From a virus (taxonomy: Duplodnaviria; Heunggongvirae; Uroviricota; Caudoviricetes): a stretch of DNA of 64,000 bases. The notes below the pieces were generated by a model. It was not told where the DNA came from, did not search any database, and saw nothing but the letters and a program-made list of their open reading frames with translations. Positions within the stretch are counted from its first letter, which is position 1; each line of letters starts with the position of its first letter. The translations under genes were made by a program, and so were the position numbers. The stretch covers positions 32,001 through 96,000 of the IMG/VR virus record IMGVR_UViG_3300037418_003161; one strand, written 5' to 3'. Of this stretch, positions 20,341-32,749 are shown piece by piece.

Positions 20341-20386
20341 ATTCATAAATATGCACGTTACAATTCAATAAAGAAAGAGTTGGGAA

Positions 20387-23300
20387 TTATTGGTATGTGA
20401 CGGTAACTGTCACCCAATCGTATCTAAGGGTAACATTGGCTGATGAGCTATTTCCAGTTTTGGGGGCAGCATAAATTCTAAGCTGAATTGTTTGATTGCT
20501 GTTGTGAGTTACAGAAACAGCCGAACCATTCACGGTGGCCCATGAGGTGGTGGAACTAAAGGTTGCAGAGTTGCTAAACGTACCACTTAGACTTGTACCC
20601 GCACCTGTCCAAAGTTCAGCCTGTCCCCTAGTGGATGTGTTGTTACCAGTGTTGTAAGTGGAACACATCCAATCATAGTCAAGGTCAACCCGGATGATTT
20701 TTGAACCCGCAGTCAAACCAAGGTCTTCGTATGTTCCCTGCCATACCCAATAACCACCAGTGTTGGTGTTGTTTCTGCCCGACATAACCGATTGAAGCGT
20801 ACCGTCCCCGGAGTTGGTATCGTTGGTGGAGTCTGACCCGGAGGTAGTGTCCCTCGATGCAGTGATGGCGTTTGCACCTGTATTGGTAAATGTCCACGAC
20901 TCCGCACTGGTGTTGAAGGAGAAGTTTTTGGTAAATGTAAAGGTAGGCCCGGATTGGGTTGGTGTTACCGTATTGGTCGGCGTATTGGTTGGAGTTGCGG
21001 TAACGGTAGCACTTGCAGATAGTGTAGGGGTTGGGGTAGGAGACTGTGGAATCAAGGTAGGTGAATACGTTAATTTGTACCCTGCGCTTACTGCTCCTGC
21101 TGAATTCAACGCATACTGCATATAGTTATATAAACCATTTTGAATACCAATAGTAGCAGAAGAGCTATCAACATTTGGCCCATATATAAAATCAAATGTG
21201 CCGTCTTCGTGCAGTGCTACCTGAAAATTCATTATAGGTGTTTGTGAAGGAGAAGGCGAGGCCCTCCATTCAATTATAAATTGTCGATTGGGTGCAGTTC
21301 CGATAGTATCAACAGAAATCGTAGTACCCGTAAATTCTGTAGTTAACTCATCCCAAAGCGGATATAATAGTCTGTGGGTAAGATTTATAGGAAGGGCTGA
21401 ATTCGCACCATCAAGTTGTATTCTACTATCAAAATCTATCAGACCATTGGGTGAGACGTTAACTGACGTGTACGTACCTTCATAATACTTAAATGAAAAC
21501 GGTAGCGGAATACTTCTAACCACAATGTCATAGTGGTGTTCATAATCCACCGTAGCATTTGTATATGTAACTCCTGTGGTAACGGTTAGGCTATAACCGT
21601 TTATTTGGCTACCGATTGACCTTGAAATGGTTGGTGTGACCGTTGGTGTAGGAGTGTAGGTTGGGGTAGCGGTGGGTGCAATTGGGCCTACCACTTCCCA
21701 TGTGATGACTGAACCTGAAGAAACTGCATTAGGGGTGTTGTATGAAAATTGTATTGAATCAAAAATATATGCAGAAGAAAAATTACTGCTCTGATTAACA
21801 ACACCATTTTGTAAACCAATGGTTGCAGAGTCCGTATTCACATCCATGTATACATATTCAATTTTATTTGACCCTTCGTAAAGACGAACTTCAAAGTGGG
21901 CCGGGCTGTTATCTACAAACCGCCTTGCCCTACACTCGATATTGTATACTCGGTTGGGGGCTGTTCCTGTGGTACTATAATATATTCCACACGGTGTTCC
22001 CGCAACACCATAAATGGTGGTTGTCCCATCGGTTCGCAAATCATCCCACAAGGGGTAAAGTTGGTCTCCATAATTGTTTAGGGGAAGCGGTTCATTTCTA
22101 GCCCATGGGTCAAATCCTCTAAAATAAATTACACAGTTTGAATCCATCGAATAGGCACTATATTCTTTTCCGTAATAATAAAAATTAAACGGAAGGTCAA
22201 TATCCGAAAATAACGTTTCATTTCCTGTGATGAAAAGGTTTGTTATACCACTGGTGATTGTTCCACCTGTTGCTACACTATAACTATAGGTATACATTTT
22301 CATACCCGTATCCTCACCCACGCTTGGAGAAAGCGTTGGAGTGCGGGTTGGTGATGCCCCAATTGTATGTGAAGGGGTGGTGGAAGGAGTAACAGAAGGA
22401 GTTGGGGTGGGTGTTGCCGGATTTAAGACACTATAGCTAATTGTTGTTCCGGTTGTTACAGCGTTTGGAGTATTAAAACATACTTTGTCAAAATCTATAA
22501 CCCTATCCAGTTGGGCGTCATAATTTTGTATACCAATGGTGGCTGAAGATGTGTCGTTCAAAATAGTATTTGAATAAACAAATTCAAATTGATTAGATGT
22601 TTCATGTAAACGTACCTCAAAATGTATCTTATTTCCACTATTTAAAAAAGTTCCCCTGTATTCAATATATACAACTCGATTCGGAGCAGTTCCGGTTGTA
22701 CCAGTATAAATTCCACAAGATGTAAGTGTGCCGCCAAAAGAATCATTACCACTAGTTGTAATGTCGTCCCATAAGGGTATCATGGCTGTCTTTGCAAGAG
22801 TGCTTGGTAAGTCTGAGTTGTTGTATACGGTATCTCCTCCATCAAATGTAAGTAAACCATTACTATTTGCATTTAAACTATTAAATGGTTTTCCATAAAA
22901 ATTAAATGTAAATGGAAGGAATATTATGGTATCTACTTCATCGCCTTGCGTATTTGTAAAATCTTTACCCGACACATTAATTGTCCCCCCGGAAGTTATT
23001 GTCCTGCTGTAACTATAAAAATTTGATACAGGCGGTGTAGAACTTGGGGTCGGCGTATTAGTGGGTGTCACACTATTAGTAGGGGTAAGCGTACTGGTAG
23101 GTGTAGTAGTTGGTGTGTTGGTTGGCGTAACACTTGTAGTTGGTGTATTGGTAGGTGTAGTAGTTGGTGTATTTGTTGGAGTGATAGTAGCGGTTTTGGT
23201 GGTGGTAGGTGTGTTACTCCTTGTCGGTGTATTTGTAGCTGTTGGAGTAAGCGTTTGAGTTGGTGTAATATTTGGATTTGGAACAATATATTTGTTGTAT

Positions 23301-26300
23301 AAATAATTCTCAACATTTTGTCTTTCTGTAGTGGTAAGTTGTCTTGTATAAGCAAGAATTTCATACATTTCTCCTGACAAAAAATTGGCAGTACTTGTAG
23401 AAGTTCCATTATATCCAACAGTCATTTTTATTTGTGAGGCTCTTAAAATATTATATGTGGTTGTACCGCTTCCTGAAAATATTCCATTTTCATATCCTAT
23501 ACCAACTTTATTAGCTGAATTCCATGTAAACGAAAACACAGAAGGCAGTGAAGACATGGCCGCACCTGTATACATAGCATTCCCGGCTTCACTTTGCCCA
23601 AGCGCATTACCCGTAGTAGTTGCAATAGAAAATGTTTTACTTGTTGGGCTGTTTAAGGCTAAATTCCATCCATTTATTGGTGAACCCGGATTTGGAAGTG
23701 TGTTATAATCTTCCCCATAACCCATTACGGAAGTACCAACGTAAAATATGGTTAAACTTGCTCCTGTATAAGAAGGGAAAATGTCAGTTGTGGCCCTCAG
23801 ACCTTGTGTACTAGAACTAACAAATTTTATATATGGATATCCATTAGTACCACCCGACGATACGTAAGTAGGTTGTGCGGATGTACCAGTTAGTGGAATG
23901 GCATTAGCCGTTTGGTCAACCCATTGTGTCACATTACTACCCGAAGTTGTAACCCCGGCATCACTCTTATACCAAGAACCTAAATTGGCAATGGACGTTG
24001 GGTCAAATCCATTAGTGGGTGTTACAGTTGGTGTCACTGTAGTTGTAGGTGTATTAGTTGGGGTGATGGATGTCGTTGGAGTATTGGTAGGTGTACTGGT
24101 AGATGTAGCCGTCTTGGTTGGTGTGACACTACTGGTAGGTGTAGAGGTGCTTGTATTGGTTGGTGTATTCGTTGGAGTGACTGTAGAAGTTGATGTTTGC
24201 GTAGGTGTATTCGTTGGGGTCAATGTAGGTGTTGGTGTGGAAGTTGATGTTGCAGTCTTTGTTGGTGTTATACTACTTGTTGGGGTAGCAGTGGGTGTTT
24301 GCGTAGGCGAGTTCGATTGTTGAATGTCAGGGGCAGGAGTTTGAGAGGGTGTAACAGTTGGTGTAGCTGTTGCTGTAGGAGTTTGGGTTAATTGAATACA
24401 ATTTACTTTAACTGTAAAAGTAAAGCCGCTATTAAGAATAGAACTTGGTGTGACCGTCTGAGTAGGGGTACTTGTTGGTGTCGAAGTCAATGTGTTTGTA
24501 GGGGTATTGGTTGGAGTTTTGGTTGGCGTTGCTGTATTTGTTGAAGTACTGGTTGGCGTATTAGTGGCCGTGGATGATGGGGTAACTGTGCTTGTCGATG
24601 TTCGAGTAGGTGTATTGGTTGGTGTCACAGTATTAGTCGGTGTTACTGTAGATGTTAATGTCGATGTAGGTGTATTGGTTGGTGTAGTTGAGGGTGTTAA
24701 AGTTTGAGTGGGCGTACTTGTAGGTGTGTTCGTGGGGGTTACGGAAGCGGTAGGTGTATTGGTAGGCGTTACTGTATTTGTAGGAGTATTAGTTGATGTA
24801 GCAGTCCGTGTTGGGGTCAAACTTGCTGTTGGTGTATTAGTGGGGGTGGAGGTACTTGTGGATGTGACTGTATTAGATGGGGTAATGCTTGGTGTAACCG
24901 TACTTGTTGGGGTATTGGTTGCTGTGGTCGTTTTTGTTGGTGTATTAGTTGTGGTGGGAGTATTACTTGGTGTTACGGTATTGGTTGGTGTGAGCGTAGA
25001 GGTTGGTGTATTCGTTGGTGTAGATGTCCTAGTGGGTGTATTGGTTGAAGTAGGTGTATTGGTTGGTGTGAGCGTAGAGGTTGGTGTATTCGTTGGAGTG
25101 TTTGTTTGAGTTGGAGTGGCTGTAGCGGTAGATGTGGCCGTCTTGGTCGGTGTGTTGGAAGGTGTCAATGTAGGTGTGGCTGTAGCAGTGGCAGTAGGTG
25201 TAGGTGAAGGAGCGATTTTAGTTGTATTGGACTGCTGAATAATCATAGCATTGATAGCACCTTGTGAACCTGACGTAACATTACAATATACAAAGATGTC
25301 ACCGTTACCATTGGGTTGAATATCATTCACCCATCTTAGAGCAGCATCGTCATAGGCATTTCCTGTATTATCCCCATAGTTGTTGCCCGATGTAACGCTT
25401 GATGTTGTTGTACCGTTGACAGTAAACGTCATTACCGTACCGTAGAAGCTTTGGTTATTGGATAAAAATCCGATTTGGTAATATTTGGATGTATTAAGCC
25501 CGGTTATCTTAAATGAGGAAGGGGTAGTGGCATCTGTTACCCATTCCTGTTGAACAATGATATCGGGGAAAACGCTTGTTCCATTTCCGCTTGAGGGGGA
25601 TGAACCATCAGCACCATCAAATGGGTTAAGGGTCTTAAATCCAATAGAAGTTGATGCATCATTAATATCCCTCAAGAAATTTCTTGTGTATCCACTTGCA
25701 GTTGTAATATCTGTACCATTAGATGGTAATCCTTGCCATCCAGAAGTATTGCCAGAACTGATGAACTGGTTGGTAAACGCCAATTGCCAAGTTTCTTCTA
25801 CCACATAACTTCCCGAACTCGGTGTGAGAGTCGGTGTCTGAGTGGATGTTCCGGTGTTTGTAGGTGTAACACTACTTGTAGGTGTATTGGTTGGTGTATT
25901 TGTGGAAGTGCTTGTAGCTGTTTTGGTAGGTGTGAGGGTACTTGTTGGCGTATTTGTGGCCGTGGCAGTATTGGTAGGTGTCAGGGTTGGAGTAACAGTA
26001 TTTGTGGGTGTATTGGTAGCGGTTGGAGTTTTGGTGGGGGTAACAGAACTGGTAGGAGTACTGGTTGGGGTATTGGTAGCGGTTTGGGATATGGTGGGAG
26101 TAATCGTTGGTGTGGCAGTTGTAGTGGGTGTAGGTGTGGGGGTAACAGCCGGGGTGGTGTCTTTTTGAACATTGGCCAAAATCCTTGAAGCGTAGATGTT
26201 AACGTTGTTGGTGGTGGCCTTTACATCCAAATTTTGGGCTGTGGGCATGGTCATTCCACTTGATACCACAACACTGCTTGTCATTGACAATTGTGAACCT

Positions 26301-27736
26301 GAAATTTGCGTTCCGCTTGCGGTATCCAATTCCACCACTGATGTTCCAATCACACTACATTCCGCTTGGTGTAAATAGGTATTGGTTACACCGCTCCATT
26401 CAGTATCATCCCATTTGGTAAGGAAGTTTTGCAACCCTGTTCCGCTTGGTATAAGAGTATTGGCAACCAAATATTGTTCTTGCAGTTTGGTAATTTCGAC
26501 TGGATTAATCCAATACATTACATCATTTGTTGAATTGGCATTCCAACCAGTATTAAAATAAGATTCATTACCACTTGTTACATCAGAACCATTTCTATAA
26601 ACATTAATAAAATTACTAGAATTTCCAACCACACAATCTAAAGCAATACAATAGTTTGTACCGTTTGTAAGAGTTGTACTTCCTGAAAAATTAAATACAT
26701 AAACTTTTGGGGTGGTAGAAATTGTTGAAACATCTATGCTTGTGGAAGCAATTATTAACGGTGAACCCGGAACTGATGATGTACCAAATGTACCACTATG
26801 TGGATATAATTTTGCTGTGATATTTCCAGTTGGTGTACCATTTCTGGACAACATAAAAGCAGCAGATGTAAGGGTTGCACCATTACCTGTAAAACTTTGT
26901 GCTAATCCTGTTTTACCACCTATAAACAAAGATTGTACAGTATTATCAGTTACAGCATTGAAATTGTCACCACTTAAAGTTTGGTCTACAATAATATTGG
27001 CACAGTAAATATCGTAGGTAAACATGTTGTTACCTATTAATGCTGCAATACGATAGGTTCTTCCATTGGTTGGTGTAAATCCAACCTTTACCTTTGTAGT
27101 TGAAGTGGCCACTCCCCCGGCTACAATGGTTACTTTGTCAGTCCAACTACTCAAACTACCGTTATCTTCCTGTAACGTAATGGTTACAGAAGTCATGTTA
27201 CTGGAAATAACATAAGCAACGGCAGCATAAAAGGTTGAACTCCCATCCCAAACGGAACTATCATATTTCCAATATTTAGGGTTATTAAGCGGTGCAGATG
27301 TGGTATTGGTTTTTCCCGTTTCCCGGTTTCCAATTTCAATTTGAGTCTCCGAAGCTGTTAATATATCAGTTCCGGTGTCTTGAATTATAATAAGCCTTGC
27401 CGCCTTAATACTTAATTGACCGTTAGATGTGGTAGTATCCAACATAAGTCGGTCATACACCTCAACAGTACTAGTTGTTACGGATTGTCTGAATAAAGTA
27501 TAGGTAGAAGTTCCGGCACTAATGATAACAGAATTCGTGGAATTCCCTACACCATCAGCAATATATACCTTTTTATTGGTTGAGTCTGAGTTGGTAGCAA
27601 GTACTTCCAAATAAACACTTATTGACCCTGAATACTTGCTGCTACTAAAACTATACAACTCTGTTGTACGTACATTAGAAGCGGAAAGACTACTGGTAGT
27701 ACCATTCAATAAGTTTATTTCATGTCTAAGAACCAT
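20387..27736 (-). CDS. Giant mucin-like virion fibre/adhesin (2449 aa) with LamG-like domain and three repeated beta-rich (nidogen-like) domains
   Basis: Long T/P/S/N tracts; 'WYKSDAGV...VTQWVDQ...[14 protein letters not shown]' LamG-like; three 'LPFxFxxYG...PLWDxL...GTAPNR' repeats. Confidence 0.75.
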   Translation of the reverse strand: MVLRHEINLLNGTTSSLSASNVRTTELYSFSSSKYSGSISVYLEVLATNSDSTNKKVYIADGVGNSTNSVIISAGTSTYTLFRQSVTTSTVEVYDRLMLDTTTSNGQLSIKAARLIIIQDTGTDILTASETQIEIGNRETGKTNTTSAPLNNPKYWKYDSSVWDGSSTFYAAVAYVISSNMTSVTITLQEDNGSLSSWTDKVTIVAGGVATSTTKVKVGFTPTNGRTYRIAALIGNNMFTYDIYCANIIVDQTLSGDNFNAVTDNTVQSLFIGGKTGLAQSFTGNGATLTSAAFMLSRNGTPTGNITAKLYPHSGTFGTSSVPGSPLIIASTSIDVSTISTTPKVYVFNFSGSTTLTNGTNYCIALDCVVGNSSNFINVYRNGSDVTSGNESYFNTGWNANSTNDVMYWINPVEITKLQEQYLVANTLIPSGTGLQNFLTKWDDTEWSGVTNTYLHQAECSVIGTSVVELDTASGTQISGSQLSMTSSVVVSSGMTMPTAQNLDVKATTNNVNIYASRILANVQKDTTPAVTPTPTPTTTATPTITPTISQTATNTPTSTPTSSVTPTKTPTATNTPTNTVTPTLTPTNTATATNTPTSTLTPTKTATSTSTNTPTNTPTSSVTPTNTGTSTQTPTLTPSSGSYVVEETWQLAFTNQFISSGNTSGWQGLPSNGTDITTASGYTRNFLRDINDASTSIGFKTLNPFDGADGSSPSSGNGTSVFPDIIVQQEWVTDATTPSSFKITGLNTSKYYQIGFLSNNQSFYGTVMTFTVNGTTTSSVTSGNNYGDNTGNAYDDAALRWVNDIQPNGNGDIFVYCNVTSGSQGAINAMIIQQSNTTKIAPSPTPTATATATPTLTPSNTPTKTATSTATATPTQTNTPTNTPTSTLTPTNTPTSTNTPTRTSTPTNTPTSTLTPTNTVTPSNTPTTTNTPTKTTTATNTPTSTVTPSITPSNTVTSTSTSTPTNTPTASLTPTRTATSTNTPTNTVTPTNTPTASVTPTNTPTSTPTQTLTPSTTPTNTPTSTLTSTVTPTNTVTPTNTPTRTSTSTVTPSSTATNTPTSTSTNTATPTKTPTNTPTNTLTSTPTSTPTQTVTPSSILNSGFTFTVKVNCIQLTQTPTATATPTVTPSQTPAPDIQQSNSPTQTPTATPTSSITPTKTATSTSTPTPTLTPTNTPTQTSTSTVTPTNTPTNTSTSTPTSSVTPTKTATSTSTPTNTPTTSITPTNTPTTTVTPTVTPTNGFDPTSIANLGSWYKSDAGVTTSGSNVTQWVDQTANAIPLTGTSAQPTYVSSGGTNGYPYIKFVSSSTQGLRATTDIFPSYTGASLTIFYVGTSVMGYGEDYNTLPNPGSPINGWNLALNSPTSKTFSIATTTGNALGQSEAGNAMYTGAAMSSLPSVFSFTWNSANKVGIGYENGIFSGSGTTTYNILRASQIKMTVGYNGTSTSTANFLSGEMYEILAYTRQLTTTERQNVENYLYNKYIVPNPNITPTQTLTPTATNTPTRSNTPTTTKTATITPTNTPTTTPTNTPTTSVTPTNTPTTTPTSTLTPTNSVTPTNTPTPSSTPPVSNFYSYSRTITSGGTINVSGKDFTNTQGDEVDTIIFLPFTFNFYGKPFNSLNANSNGLLTFDGGDTVYNNSDLPSTLAKTAMIPLWDDITTSGNDSFGGTLTSCGIYTGTTGTAPNRVVYIEYRGTFLNSGNKIHFEVRLHETSNQFEFVYSNTILNDTSSATIGIQNYDAQLDRVIDFDKVCFNTPNAVTTGTTISYSVLNPATPTPTPSVTPSTTPSHTIGASPTRTPTLSPSVGEDTGMKMYTYSYSVATGGTITSGITNLFITGNETLFSDIDLPFNFYYYGKEYSAYSMDSNCVIYFRGFDPWARNEPLPLNNYGDQLYPLWDDLRTDGTTTIYGVAGTPCGIYYSTTGTAPNRVYNIECRARRFVDNSPAHFEVRLYEGSNKIEYVYMDVNTDSATIGLQNGVVNQSSNFSSAYIFDSIQFSYNTPNAVSSGSVITWEVVGPIAPTATPTYTPTPTVTPTISRSIGSQINGYSLTVTTGVTYTNATVDYEHHYDIVVRSIPLPFSFKYYEGTYTSVNVSPNGLIDFDSRIQLDGANSALPINLTHRLLYPLWDELTTEFTGTTISVDTIGTAPNRQFIIEWRASPSPSQTPIMNFQVALHEDGTFDFIYGPNVDSSSATIGIQNGLYNYMQYALNSAGAVSAGYKLTYSPTLIPQSPTPTPTLSASATVTATPTNTPTNTVTPTQSGPTFTFTKNFSFNTSAESWTFTNTGANAITASRDTTSGSDSTNDTNSGDGTLQSVMSGRNNTNTGGYWVWQGTYEDLGLTAGSKIIRVDLDYDWMCSTYNTGNNTSTRGQAELWTGAGTSLSGTFSNSATFSSTTSWATVNGSAVSVTHNSNQTIQLRIYAAPKTGNSSSANVTLRYDWVTVTVTYQ
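24010..26150 (-). repeat. Degenerate Thr/Pro coding repeat tracts
   Basis: Two TP tracts flank a globular domain; ~40-nt duplication near 24980 and 25058. Confidence 0.85.
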
Positions 27737-28146
27737 TATCCAATCCAGAGATTTTGATAGGCCGTCTTCACATTAGTTTTTTGTGTGGCCGTTAATGGTG
27801 TGGGATGCCATAGTTTAATTCTATTAACTATTCCAGAGCCAGTTGTTGCTTCCACGAAAAATATTCTTAAATCAGGTAATCCACATGCCGTTTTAAACCC
27901 TTCAAACTCTTCCCATAAATCACGTATTACTACTGTGACTCCCGAAGAGGGTGGGAATGTGGGATTGTCGGCCATAAGATTATCCAACTTTGTTTTTTCA
28001 GTAGTGGTTAATTCTCTATCAAACGTTAAACATGTTTGTTCTCCAATATCTCCGCTTCCTATGGGTTCAATCCCCACTTCCCATAAGCAGCGTTTGAGCA
28101 TATTCCAGCGATAACCCCCGGAAACTTTTGGATAATAATAGTCCAT
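27736..28146 (-). CDS. Hypothetical protein
   Basis: 136-aa ORF coupled to the downstream giant gene (TAATG). Confidence 0.75.
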   Translation of the reverse strand: MDYYYPKVSGGYRWNMLKRCLWEVGIEPIGSGDIGEQTCLTFDRELTTTEKTKLDNLMADNPTFPPSSGVTVVIRDLWEEFEGFKTACGLPDLRIFFVEATTGSGIVNRIKLWHPTPLTATQKTNVKTAYQNLWIG

Positions 28147-28216
28147 ATAATAAAATAGATTTTATGTCTAAATCATAAGAAAAAGACTGAGAATGTAAAC
28201 ATTCAACTATAAATAC

Positions 28217-31048
28217 TTAACATTGAGTTTGGGTTGCTTGAACCCGGATATATGAACCAACTGATGAATTGTATGTATAATCAATGGAAACTGGAATGAC
28301 ATCATTTACGTTGTAGTTTTTGATACAAACCGTTTGCAGTGTCGTGCCGCCATAGGAAAAAATCAACGTGGTTGAATAATTACCAAGTGCCTGAATGGTA
28401 ATATCCACACTGATTGTACCGCTACTTGTTCCAACGTTTACGTAATAATCTGTTGTATAGCCACCCTCAAATGCATTCATTGTTCTTGTTGTTCCACACT
28501 CATCATACACAATAGGTGTTGCCGTTGGAGTAAGAGTTGGAGTGGCTGTGGCAGTAATCGTGTTGGTTGGAGTTAAGGTTGGAGTACTTGTGACTGTAGA
28601 CGTTGATGTACGTGTAGGAGTATTAGTCGGCGTCAAAGTACTACTAGCAGTTACCGTACTGGTAGGTGTAACAGTAGATGTGGATGTGCATGTAGGAGTG
28701 TTTGTCGGAGTAGGAGTATTAGTCGGTGTCAAAGAACTGGTTGGTGTGTTCGTTGCAGTGGCCGTTCTTGTGGGTGTCACTGTCGTAGTGGGTGTATTAC
28801 TTGGGGTAACAGTATTTGTAGGTGTTACGGTGGATGTGGGTGTACCTGTACTGGTAGAAGTATTGGTTGGGGTATTTGATGCAGTAACCGTATTGGTTGG
28901 AGTCACGGTGCTTGTTGCTGTCCTTGTCGGAGTATTTGTTGCAGTGGGTGTATTTGATGCAGTAACCGTATTGGTTGGAGTCACTGTACTGGTAGGAGTC
29001 GTAGTGGGTGTACTGGTTTGAGTTGGGGTTACAGATGGTGTGGGTGTAAATGTTGGCGTGACGGTGGATGTGGGTGTATTAGTGGAAGTTGCGGTTCTCG
29101 TTGGAGACACACTCGATGTAGGTGTATTTGTAGGCGTTACGGTGTTGGTTGCCGTAACAGTACTAGTCGGTGTTACAGTTGTAGTAGATGATGGTGTAAC
29201 AGTGTTTGTTGGGGTCAGGGTATTTGTAGGGGTTACTGTACTTGTTGGTGTTACCGTAGCAGTGGGAGATACGGTCGGCGTATTGGTTGGTGTGTTCGTT
29301 GAGGTGGGTGTGTTGGATGCTGTGACCGTATTGGTTGGTGTTACTGTACTTGTTGGAGTTACCGTTGCTGTTGGGGTAACAGTTGGAGTATTTGATGCAG
29401 TTGGCGTATTAGTAGCCGTGGGTGTATTTGTCGATGTATTGCTTGGTGTTACGGTATTCGATGCTGTTACTGTGTTTGTTGGTGTTACCGTAGCTGTAAT
29501 AGATGCAGTAGGTGTATTTGTGGCAGTAGGTGTATTTGTAGGTGTGGTAGTGTTTGATGAAGTAACAGTATTGGTTGGCGTACTTGTTGATGTTGGAGTT
29601 TTTGTAGGTGTAACAGATGTAGTTGGTGTAGTAGTGGGTGTGGCCGTGTTCGTTGGAGTTACAGACGGTGTGGAACTAATAGAAGAGGTTGGAGTATTTG
29701 TTGGGGTTACTGTATTAGTCGGAGTAACAGTATTGCTTGGTGTTACGGTAAATGTAGGTGTGTTGGTAGGTGTGACCGTACTTGTCGGGGTAACAGAAGA
29801 TGTTGCAGTATTAGTTGGGGTAACAGTATTGGTAGGTGTGACCGTACTTGTCGGTGTTGCGGTAGATGTTGCAGTATTGGTAGGTGTAATGCTATTGGTG
29901 GGTGTATTAGTCGGTGTCAACGTGTTTGTCGGAGTAACGGTATTCGTTGGAGTTACAGACGGTGTGGATGTTACTGTTGATGTTGGGGTGGTAGTCGGGG
30001 TATTTGATGCAGTTGGGGTGTTAGACGCTGTTGTTGTGTTTGTGGGTGTTACTGTACTTGTTGGCGTATTTGTTGAAGTAGCGGTTTTTGTAGGTGTAAT
30101 AGATGCAGTCGGGGTAAAAGTCGGAGTAGCTGTATTAGTGGGTGTTACTGATGGTGTCGGCGTATTCGTTGAAGTTGGTGTATTGGTGGACGTAACGGTA
30201 CTTGTTGGGGTTACAGTAGAAGAAGAGGTAACTGTTGGCGTATTCGTTGAAGTTGGTGTGTTAGTAGGTGTTACGCTTGCTGTCGTCGTATTAGTAGGTG
30301 TAGCAGTACTTGTACTAGTTGGTGTATTAGTAGGCGTTACACTTGGTGTTACCGTATTGGTTGGAGTAGTAGTAGGTGTGGCACTCTGTGAAATAGAGGG
30401 TGTAACCGTTGCTGTAGGGGTAAAAGTCGGAGTAGCTGTATTGGTTGGGGTTACAGTATTGGTAGGGGTAACTGTGGCTGTTGGTGTGACCGTTGATGTT
30501 GCCGTGGTAGTCGGTGTATTCGTTGGTGTCACCGAATTGGTAGGTGTAACAGTTGGTGTGGGAGTATTACTTGCTGTGGCCGTATTTGACGGTGTAACCG
30601 TTGATGTTGGTGTTACTGTAGAAGTCGAAGTCCTTGTGGGAGTGTTGGTCGGTGTTACGGTGGATGTTGGCGTATTGGTAGCAGTAGGCGTATTACTTGC
30701 CGTTACACTCGCCGTGGGGGTGTTGGTAGGCGTAGCTGTACTTGTACTAGTTGGGGTACTTCCCGGTGTTCCTGTTGGTGTTGCGGTGTTGGATGCTGTA
30801 ACAGTATTACTTGGTGTTACTGTAGCTGTAGGGGTTAAGGTACTTGTAGCGGTGGCTGTAGGTGTTGGCGTTTGAGTGGCGCAAGGCGACACATCACTAA
30901 CAATACCATTTCCCCCGGTAACAGTGAAATAGTTTGTGCCGTTGGAATAATAGCCATCAGGCACAGGGGTTGATAAGGCATTGTCCGTAAACAACTGACA
31001 TCCTGTTGTTATTGTTTGACAAGTAGTGAAATAATAAGCATTCGCCAT
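28217..31048 (-). CDS. Mucin-like T/P-rich protein (943 aa)
   Basis: Short Cys-containing N-terminal module, ~780 aa almost only T/P/S/N/V/A, small C-terminal domain. Confidence 0.8.
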   Translation of the reverse strand: MANAYYFTTCQTITTGCQLFTDNALSTPVPDGYYSNGTNYFTVTGGNGIVSDVSPCATQTPTPTATATSTLTPTATVTPSNTVTASNTATPTGTPGSTPTSTSTATPTNTPTASVTASNTPTATNTPTSTVTPTNTPTRTSTSTVTPTSTVTPSNTATASNTPTPTVTPTNSVTPTNTPTTTATSTVTPTATVTPTNTVTPTNTATPTFTPTATVTPSISQSATPTTTPTNTVTPSVTPTNTPTSTSTATPTNTTTASVTPTNTPTSTNTPTVTSSSTVTPTSTVTSTNTPTSTNTPTPSVTPTNTATPTFTPTASITPTKTATSTNTPTSTVTPTNTTTASNTPTASNTPTTTPTSTVTSTPSVTPTNTVTPTNTLTPTNTPTNSITPTNTATSTATPTSTVTPTNTVTPTNTATSSVTPTSTVTPTNTPTFTVTPSNTVTPTNTVTPTNTPTSSISSTPSVTPTNTATPTTTPTTSVTPTKTPTSTSTPTNTVTSSNTTTPTNTPTATNTPTASITATVTPTNTVTASNTVTPSNTSTNTPTATNTPTASNTPTVTPTATVTPTSTVTPTNTVTASNTPTSTNTPTNTPTVSPTATVTPTSTVTPTNTLTPTNTVTPSSTTTVTPTSTVTATNTVTPTNTPTSSVSPTRTATSTNTPTSTVTPTFTPTPSVTPTQTSTPTTTPTSTVTPTNTVTASNTPTATNTPTRTATSTVTPTNTVTASNTPTNTSTSTGTPTSTVTPTNTVTPSNTPTTTVTPTRTATATNTPTSSLTPTNTPTPTNTPTCTSTSTVTPTSTVTASSTLTPTNTPTRTSTSTVTSTPTLTPTNTITATATPTLTPTATPIVYDECGTTRTMNAFEGGYTTDYYVNVGTSSGTISVDITIQALGNYSTTLIFSYGGTTLQTVCIKNYNVNDVIPVSIDYTYNSSVGSYIRVQATQTQC
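28520..30880 (-). repeat. Degenerate Thr/Pro (TPTNT-like) coding repeat tract
   Basis: ACN/CCN-dominated codons; ~780 aa of T/P/S/N/V/A. Confidence 0.9.
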
Positions 31049-31080
31049 TAATTAATAAATAAACATTTTTATAAAAATTG

Positions 31081-32712
31081 TCAAGGACAACTATTTATGT
31101 CTGTTATCACACCATTTGAGAATGTAATTACCTGTGGGTTTGAGCTTAAATTATAGATATAGTTTCCAGTAATTGTTGATTTTTGACAACCCGCAAATTC
31201 ATACGCTTGCTGACCAACTTCTACGCTTGCAATAAATTTTGTTACTCCGTGAAAACTATAGCCAGTTACCCCATAGTACTGTGTATAACTACACGCCTCT
31301 TGGACTGTAGTTTGTGTTAAATCTATCGTGCCTCCGCTATATGTCATATCATACCATAACACAACAGAATTGGTTGGTTTGGGACACGTTGATGTCGGAG
31401 TAGGGGTATTCGTAGCAGTGACAGTAGGTGTAATGGTTGACGTTATTGTGGCTGTCGGTGTTGATGTAGCGGTATTTGATGGTGTTACCGTATTGGTTGG
31501 AGTATTGGTCGGGGTCGCAGTTGGCGCAACACACTGTTCTTGAAATGTTATCGTAACTCCTGAAGCAACTAAACCGCCTGAATTATTAAAGTAATATTGA
31601 TTGATGTTTACGATACCATTTTGTAAACCAACTGTACCATCATTTACTGTAGCATTGCTGTTTACACCTTCTCCATAACAAAATTCAATTTTTCCGGTTT
31701 GTTCATATAAACGTGCTTCATAGTCAAAGTTTATCCCTGTTTTTGTTGATGTATAATCATTAATTCTCCACTCTACAACAAAAATACGATTCGGGGCTGA
31801 CCCATAAGTTGCTGTAAAGATACCTCTACCTGTGTGGTCACTACGTTGGTCATCCCACCAAGGAAATATGGTTTTACCAAACCCTGATGCGGGTAGTGCT
31901 GAATTATTAAATTGCGTATTGGAGCTATCGAATTGTAAGTTACCGTTGGTGCTAATTGTAACACCCGTAAAATTTGTACCATAAAAACTAAAACTAAACG
32001 GTAGAGCAACTGCTTTTACGGCATCATCCGCATACAATCCAATATCATTTGTACCACCCATCATTGTAGTTCCTGTTGTGACCGTATATGTGTAACCAAC
32101 AAAACTACAAGGTGTTGTCGTTGGGGTCATTGTGGGGGTTGAGGTCATTGTGGGAGTTGGTGAAAGAGACACGCAACCATCATAACTATAACAAGCTACA
32201 TATGGGTCAGTTGCATCATAAGAAAGACATTGAGCATAAATAACAGGACTTGGGCTTGGTGTCAACGTGGGTGTATTGGTTGGAGTTGATGTTGGTGTGG
32301 CCGTTTTACTATTAGTGGGTGTATTGGTTGGAGTTGATGTGATTGTATTTGTCGGACTCACGGATGGGGTCAAACTGGATGTTGGTGTTGACGTGACGGT
32401 ACTTGTTTTAGTTGGCGTCACGGTAGTTGTGGGTGTATTGGTTGGAGTAATTGATGCCGTTACAGTCCTTGTTGGTGTATTAGTTGGGGTTACAGTAGTT
32501 GTTGGTGTAACTGTAGCAGTGGCGGTCGGGGTTGGTGTTTGCGATACACAGGGTGCAATACTAACAACCGAACCTGTACCATCTACCTGATAAGAATTTG
32601 TGCCATCTGAAAAATATGTGTTGGTAATAAGGTTAGTTAATGCCATATTGCTGTAGACTTTACAGCCTACAACGATGGTTGAGCATTGACTAAATATAAA
32701 TTGTGATGGCAT
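31081..32712 (-). CDS. T/P-rich putative virion protein with one nidogen-like domain
   Basis: N-terminal module similar to that of 28217..31048; 'LPFSFSFYG...FPWWDD...GSAPNR' domain. Confidence 0.8.
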   Translation of the reverse strand: MPSQFIFSQCSTIVVGCKVYSNMALTNLITNTYFSDGTNSYQVDGTGSVVSIAPCVSQTPTPTATATVTPTTTVTPTNTPTRTVTASITPTNTPTTTVTPTKTSTVTSTPTSSLTPSVSPTNTITSTPTNTPTNSKTATPTSTPTNTPTLTPSPSPVIYAQCLSYDATDPYVACYSYDGCVSLSPTPTMTSTPTMTPTTTPCSFVGYTYTVTTGTTMMGGTNDIGLYADDAVKAVALPFSFSFYGTNFTGVTISTNGNLQFDSSNTQFNNSALPASGFGKTIFPWWDDQRSDHTGRGIFTATYGSAPNRIFVVEWRINDYTSTKTGINFDYEARLYEQTGKIEFCYGEGVNSNATVNDGTVGLQNGIVNINQYYFNNSGGLVASGVTITFQEQCVAPTATPTNTPTNTVTPSNTATSTPTATITSTITPTVTATNTPTPTSTCPKPTNSVVLWYDMTYSGGTIDLTQTTVQEACSYTQYYGVTGYSFHGVTKFIASVEVGQQAYEFAGCQKSTITGNYIYNLSSNPQVITFSNGVITDINSCP

Positions 32713-32749
32713 TTTAAATAATAACTATTTCCTTTCAGATTTTAAACGG

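Noticed and set aside
29040-30875. 611-aa Val/Gly-rich plus-strand ORF and similar ORFs opposite every T/P tract
   Set aside because: Antisense shadows: reverse complements of ACN/CCN-rich repeats rarely contain stops; they coincide exactly with the tracts and have no expression signals
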